DNA of 39,873 nucleotides from Corallochytrium limacisporum Hawaii (taxonomy: Eukaryota; Protista; Pluriformea), in NCBI GenBank assembly GCA_002811645.1, contig PDIP01000124.1, forward strand, positions 1 to 39,873, written 5' to 3'. The position numbers and the translations under genes are program-made. Positions 33,747 to 39,873 of this stretch are shown in pieces; within the stretch, counting starts at the first letter, position 1, and every line of letters begins with the position of its first letter. A model generated the notes under the pieces. It made no database searches and was not told the DNA's origin. It saw nothing but the letters and a program-made list of their open reading frames with translations.

Positions 33747-35817
33747 GGTTGTGTCTACAGGTTTGCCACTCTATCTAACAGAATATCATGCTGTTTTCAA
33801 GGTTAACTTGCCGAAAAAGAGTCTCTCCTGTGTGCTTCTTTACTATAATCCCATTTATCATTTCTTCGCAGAGCCAAGTTTCGAACATGTGCAGACCTTC
33901 CAGCTGCCTAATCAATCCCAATCCTGCAGATTCAAATACCCACCTGATCTGAGGCACGAAGAAATGCAAGTGACCTTGTTTCCAACCAGTCTCCAGTTCA
34001 CGAAGTCATGCATGTTGACGGCCACACCGCCACAATGCACCCAATATAGGAGAACCCATCCCGCGATGCTCACGGCCTAATACGCGTGTGTGCGTGTGTC
34101 TGTGTATGGGATGGGTGTAGCATTGTGCGTGTGGTCTCCCCGTGGTAGCTGGAAGAAAAGGGGGGTGTGGGGTGGGTACCCTCCCCGTGTGGTGGAGAGA
34201 GGGGCGCGTGTCCCCCACTTCGACAGGTGGGTGTTGGGCACACTGACTGAAGGGGGGCCTGTTTTTGTTGCTGCTCGGGCGGCAAAAGGGGCACAAGGTA
34301 GAAACCGTTGGTGACCACCGATCTCCCCACTCCCCCACATATACCCGCTTCGGTTTCAATTGGTCGCGTCATCGCCACCCGCTTGTCTCCTTCCTTGGGC
34401 TGTCTTCAACCAGAGCACACAGACAACTATATGCACCGAACACCCTGAAATGACGCGCGCCAGTTCCCTCCCACTGCGAGGAGGAGCATCGTCACCCCGG
34501 ACTCCTTCCCTATTGGCACCGCCCCTTGGCTTTTGCAGTCCTGAAACTTTTTCACCAACTTCCGGTCCGACAAGCATGCCACGCGAGCCCAGGTATGCTT
34601 TGTATGACTGTGTATGTGGCCTAGTTGGCAAAATTTCCCAGTCGTCAGTTCTTCGGTAATCACCATATGTATTTGAGGTGAAACTTGCGATTGGCCCTTG
34701 CTTCAATCCCCGATGAACGTACACAAAGCAGGCAGCCCGACCATCGGGGATGTCCGCTTGGCGGGTACCACCACATTGTGCGATCATTTCTTTCCATCGA
34801 GAGCCTCTCTCATCGCAAAGGACAGTGATCACACATGCACCAACTATTGCATTGGAAGACGAAGGGACCCGGAGCAAAAGGAAATTGACATGTGTGTGTG
34901 TGGGTTTCTTTGTGTCACACTGCTTTGGTGAAATGGAACAGATGCACCGCACCATTTTTTTTTTGCTTTCAACTTGTTGCCCATGGGTGATGGTGCAGTG
35001 GAAGGACAGCAAGGAGGGGCCCACACACGAGCTGCCATCTTCTCTCTTCCGGGAGAGAGGAAAGGATAGGTATGCTAGTGCTGTAAATTTTTGCTATCGG
35101 GCCCCACGGGGTAGTTTTAAAATAATCGTCGACCCCCGCCCCCCTCTGCAGAATACAAAACCTTCAGGCCCTGTTTAGGTTTCAACACACACTCTCTCTC
35201 AGTCTGCTCGGCTCGACCTCCCCCTCCCGCTGATGCCCTCTCCTCCTCCTCCCCCCCCCCCCCGGGGGGTTCTTACCTACCAACCACCCGCGGAGGAAAT
35301 ATTTGCTCCATGTTCCCAATATTTTTCTTGTTATTTTGGGGGCCGGGGGGAGGGGGAGAGGGGGCGAATTGTACCGGGTTTGGTTCATGGCCACAGTAAA
35401 AGTGACGCAGCGCGGTACGGGGAAGGGGAGAGTGGGAGCAACGATCCGTTTTCTCGCCACTCCGGAACGGGGGCTTTTTTCAAGTTCATCTGTCGCTATG
35501 GTTGTCAGAGGGTGAGCATCACCGGGACTTTGGTCAGGGACATTCTAGTGCTTCCACAAGGAGCTCTGGATAGATCCATAGAGGTAGATCAATGTGTGAA
35601 TGTTTGCAGTTGGTGTCCACCGACAGGTTATCGTCGATGAGGAACGAATACGGTTGGCGTCGCAACCGTCGAACGAAATAGAAGAAAACAGTACTGACGG
35701 ATCTGTGAAGACACCGCACTCTTGGTTCGTAAGTACGTAGGAGAAGCTCCCTTTTGAAAGTCGATATAATAATTTGGCGTCAAAAAAAACCACTAATATT
35801 CAGGTTAAGCAGTGGCA

Positions 35818-37758
35818 ATGCGGGCCAGGTGGCATTGGCTGTTCGCTCTAATTGGTGTCAGTGCAGTAGTAGCCGATGAGCACGATCACATTTACAAGGA
35901 TGGCGACGAAGTCGTGCTTTGGATGAACACAGTGGGCCCCTATGAAAATCGGCAGGAGACCTACGACTTCTTCTCCCTGCCCTTCTGCAAGGGCAGTCGC
36001 GGTGAAACTCTGCACCACCACCACGAAACAATTGGCGAGGCCCTGCAGGGCATGAATCTCGAGAGCAGTGGGTTGGAGATCAGGTACAATCAGCCAGTCG
36101 ACAGCCAAATCTACTGCACCCAGAAGATTAGTCAGCGGTTTGAGGAGAAGCTAATGGTCGCAGTCCAGCAGAACTTCTGGTACCAAATGTACTTGGACGG
36201 ATTACCGCTGTGGGCTCCGGTCGGGTACGTGAAGCACGATGGCACGAGAACTTTGCCCGACACTTTCGGGCGAGAACAGGGTCGGGTGGCAGGTAGAGTA
36301 CCAGATGGTGGTGACGATGGGGATAGTGGCAATGGTGATCGAAACAAGCGGGCCCAGGCCTGGGAACGCAACAATCAGGGCATGAATGCAGCCCCTGGCC
36401 TGTACCTATACACTCACAAGACATTAGTTATAGAGACCAATGCGGACCACATTGTTGCCGTATCGATAGAAGTTGGCAATCCAGTCCTACTGACAACGAT
36501 CTTGACCTCGGTAACTTTTTCATACGCAGTGAATTGGAAGCAATCGACGGTGAAATTTGAGAACCGGTTCGATCGGTACCTGGAGCCGTCTTTCTTCCAG
36601 CACAAGATTCACTGGTTCTCAATTGCTAACAGTTTTATCATGGTCATGTTTTTGGTCGGTGCGGTCACATATATCCTGCGTCGTACGCTGAGCCAGGACT
36701 ACGCCCGGTATGACCTCCGCACTTGCCTGAGCGTGGATTCGGTAGAGTTCGGTGGCGCAGGAGGCAAAAACGGGTACTCGATGTCGGACATGGGAGATGA
36801 ATACGGATGGAAGCTAGTGCACGCGGACGTGTTCCGCCGGCCCAATAACCACATGTGGCTTTCCGCGGCATTAGGCAACGGAGCCCACCTCTGTGCTACC
36901 ATTGTGGCGGTGACAATGTTGATCGTAACGGAACACTTGTACACACAATCGGGATCCATTGTCAGCTGGGGTGTGACAATTGCCGCCGTGCTAACCCCAA
37001 TCAGCGGATTCATTGCTGGTGCCCACTACCGCATCTTCCAGGGCGAACAATGGCAGAAACAGAGCGTGCTTACTGCTGTTACCTTGCCTGTGTTGGGTAT
37101 GGTGTGCAGCTTTGTTGTAAATTGCATGGCTCTGTACTACAACAGTTCACAGTTCATCGGCTTTAAGACCCAGTTCACGCTGTTCTGCATCATTATCTTT
37201 GTGAGCTGTCCGCTGACGTTAATTGGATCCATCGTGGGACGCAACGTGTTTCCATCCGGCAATTTCCCCACCAGAGTGAACAATGTACTGCGCTACATTC
37301 CGGAAAAGAAGTGGTACCTCAGCAGTACCGTGATTGTTCCATTGGCAGGCTTACTGCCTTTTGGTGCCATCTTTGTGGAAATGTACTACGTGCTGGTGAG
37401 CTTCTGGGCGTACAAGGTGTACTATGTCTACGGATTTGTTCTGCTTGTATTTTGCATCCTGGCCGTTGTAGTGATGTGCGTGTCGCTGGTTGCGACCTAC
37501 TTGCTGCTCAATGCGGAGGATTGGCGATGGCACTGGAACAGTTTTCTGTATGGCGCGTCCATTGCTGTGTACATTTACGGCTATTCCATCTACTATTTCC
37601 ATTTCAAAACGCGCATGTATGGCGCGCTGCAGACCACCTATTTCTTTGCGTACATGGCTCTCGGGTCTGTACTAATTGGCCTGGCATGTGGCTTTTTGGC
37701 GTACACCGCATCGTTCCTGTTCGTACGGCGGATCTTTAGCGGTATGAAGATTGATTAA
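35818..37758 (+). CDS. TM9SF3: Transmembrane 9 superfamily (nonaspanin/EMP70) protein, TM9SF3-like
   Basis: Signal peptide, then DEHDHIY..EVVLWMNTVGPYENRQETY, FQHKIHWFSI, EYGWKLVHADVFR, nine hydrophobic segments and C-terminal KID (KxD/E). ATG at 35818. Confidence 0.93.
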   Translation: MRARWHWLFALIGVSAVVADEHDHIYKDGDEVVLWMNTVGPYENRQETYDFFSLPFCKGSRGETLHHHHETIGEALQGMNLESSGLEIRYNQPVDSQIYCTQKISQRFEEKLMVAVQQNFWYQMYLDGLPLWAPVGYVKHDGTRTLPDTFGREQGRVAGRVPDGGDDGDSGNGDRNKRAQAWERNNQGMNAAPGLYLYTHKTLVIETNADHIVAVSIEVGNPVLLTTILTSVTFSYAVNWKQSTVKFENRFDRYLEPSFFQHKIHWFSIANSFIMVMFLVGAVTYILRRTLSQDYARYDLRTCLSVDSVEFGGAGGKNGYSMSDMGDEYGWKLVHADVFRRPNNHMWLSAALGNGAHLCATIVAVTMLIVTEHLYTQSGSIVSWGVTIAAVLTPISGFIAGAHYRIFQGEQWQKQSVLTAVTLPVLGMVCSFVVNCMALYYNSSQFIGFKTQFTLFCIIIFVSCPLTLIGSIVGRNVFPSGNFPTRVNNVLRYIPEKKWYLSSTVIVPLAGLLPFGAIFVEMYYVLVSFWAYKVYYVYGFVLLVFCILAVVVMCVSLVATYLLLNAEDWRWHWNSFLYGASIAVYIYGYSIYYFHFKTRMYGALQTTYFFAYMALGSVLIGLACGFLAYTASFLFVRRIFSGMKID

Positions 37759-37861
37759 ATAAATACGTGAATCCCTTACCCAAACAGTGTACGCCTGGTG
37801 GAACGTAGTTGAAGTTCCATCGGTTTGTTCCAAAGCATGATGTGGTGTGTCTATTCCTTGG

Positions 37862-39166
37862 CTATTTCCGTGCGATTCTGCCAGCAGTGCTTGGCCTTGG
37901 CAGTCTAGAGGGAGGCGGAACGCGATTCCTAGGCACGGCAGTGGGCCGTCGCAGCGGGGTAGTGCCTGTTAACGTGACCGGCAAAGGCCGCACCGGTGCC
38001 GTCGGAGTTGGCAAGCCGGTCAGCGATTTTGGGGTCCTAATTGTAGGGCACGCCGTCGCTGGTCTTGGCGGAGACTCTTGCCGTTCGATACGTTCGGTCT
38101 GCGATCCCTCGACAATTGCGACGGCATCAGCTACGGTGGATGCGGATTTGCCTCCACTAGATTCCCTGTTTCCTTGTGACAACTCACACTCCTGAAAGGT
38201 CTTCCCATTCCTTAAAGTTTCGATGCTATCTTCAAGGGATGGTATGTCCTGGCTCCGCCCAGTTGGGGGACTCAGTGACGCCCGGCGTGCCTGCCGGTCA
38301 GCACTAGTGGAAGTGGCACGCTCCGAAATGTCTCACAGAGTCTCCTGCACCTGCGAAGTGTGCATGGCGCGTATTGGGCTCTGTGCTCGGAATTCTGCAG
38401 TGCCTGGCCTTCGTCTAAAGCTTGATATTGAGCAATTCAGGTCGTCTCCGTCCTCCTCTAGAGCAGCGTCTGAGCCATCTGACTGGTCGCTCTGTGACTT
38501 TGGGGACCCAGTTTCCGTCTCCAACAGTGCATTGCTGCTTGTCAATAGTTGTGCCATTTGTGGAGAGATTTCGCTCCCCTTCAGTTCCGTCTCATGGTAT
38601 TCCGTGCTCGTTTCGAGTTCGTCGTGCCTATGTAGGTCACTTTCGTTCTTCTCAATGTCTTCGTCCTCGGCGACTGCGGCTTCCAGTGCCAAAAATTCCG
38701 CCATGGCCGTAGTCTCTCGCAAAATTTTCTCCTCATCATCGTCTTCGCCTGTATTCTCCGATTCTGGGGAGGTTTGCTCCAGAATGGTCATCTTCGCATT
38801 TACTACGGTTGTCGACCTGCTGATCTTTCGCGTATTGTTCCGAACAACGCTAGGTTTTCCTTTTTTATGGTGCATTTGCTCCCCAGGAGCGGTTCGGATG
38901 GCAGTTCCCTGGGTCACAGGATCCGGTGGCCATATTGTGTCGTCCTGCCTTTCTTCTGCTAACCATTCTGTGACACTAGCAATGTTCCCTTTTCCGGGTA
39001 TACGTGAGACAGATGACAGCCATGTCTGTTCATCGTTTTGTTCTGTAGTCTCCGCGTCGAAATCTATCAAGGGAATCAGTTGAAACTCCAAAGTTAAGGC
39101 CTCTGAAGGATACGTGTGCTTTCGGTTTACGGTTGTTCCATTGCGATACAAAGATACACCGGACAT
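37862..39166 (-). CDS. Predicted disordered protein with SxIP-like motifs; the frame is interrupted by one TGA at 38333-38335
   Basis: ORFs 38333..39223 and 37862..38182 are in the same frame, with 50 stop-free codons between them. The central region is acidic and the tail is basic and Pro/Thr-rich. Motifs SRIP, TGLP, SRLP and LIDFD are present. First in-frame ATG is at 39166. Confidence 0.6.
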
Positions 39167-39873
39167 GTTAAAAGTATCGCTACCTTCATGTAGCGGCTCT
39201 ATTCCACTGCCAGGTACAGTCACATCTTATCACTCCGGAATAAAGACCTTTAAGGAGATTATAACCTTTACTTCATTCACGCCATTCCCCATTTATTTAA
39301 CGACTCCGTCAGTCTGTTGCCATGGGAGAGACACCGAATAGGAAACTGCTGTAAGCACTCACACTTTACATACCAACTCTGCCTTTACTAAGATGGGTAG
39401 AGGAACGCAAACACCAGTGATATCACTGTTCCCAACCCAACCAACAAATCTAAAGCACCAGACAAAGAACCCAAAGCAACCCAATGGGAACATCCGATTC
39501 TCGATCCAAAGACTGCGCAGTTGGCCACCCGATTGGCTCGGCACAAACCGCCCAGACACCCTCTGTTTCCTGTCCCTTGCCAATTTTTTCTCCCGTCCTC
39601 CCGAACTCCCACTACCGTGCTGGACTGACTGGGCGGTTGGCCCGGGGTGAGTTTGCGGACGACGGGTGACCCGTGCCCCTGCCCCGCGGGGGGTGGTGGT
39701 CTCCCCTACTTCCCGCTACCCCGGCCAAGGGAAACGGCAGACACACAGAGGCCCCCATAGTGACGGATTGAAAGGTCCGTATGTGAATATGGGCGGTTGG
39801 CGGGCGAAGAAAAGAAAAGAGGTACCACGGTAAAAGGGGCCGAAGAAAAAAAGGGGGGGGGGTTGGGGAGGAG

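Noticed and set aside
38223-39083. 286-aa ORF on the plus strand
   Set aside because: It is the Ser-rich antisense mirror of the acidic minus-strand ORF.

Overview
Eukaryotic genomic DNA, probably the left end of a chromosome, since C-strand telomere-like repeats occupy 1-32. It holds about nine apparently intron-free protein genes separated by long homopolymer- and microsatellite-rich intergenic regions and two N-gaps. In order: ABC-F ATPase (+), claudin-like tetraspan (-), a ~10.8 kb gene-poor stretch, then four consecutive lipid-related genes: WS/DGAT acyltransferase (+), LPCAT-type lysophospholipid acyltransferase (-), BtaA-BtaB fusion betaine-lipid synthase (+) and malic enzyme (+). These are followed by MAK16 (-), TM9SF3 (+) and a disordered SxIP-motif protein (-) whose frame is interrupted by a single TGA. 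Gene content and lack of introns would fit an intron-poor unicellular opisthokont/holozoan, but this is inference only. The most notable observations are the candidate DAG-centred lipid-remodelling cluster, the A-B domain order of BTA1, mutually exclusive stems just upstream of the BTA1 start, a GATA-site cluster upstream of WS/DGAT, and the stop-interrupted SxIP gene. All calls rest on motifs read by eye; no searches were run.
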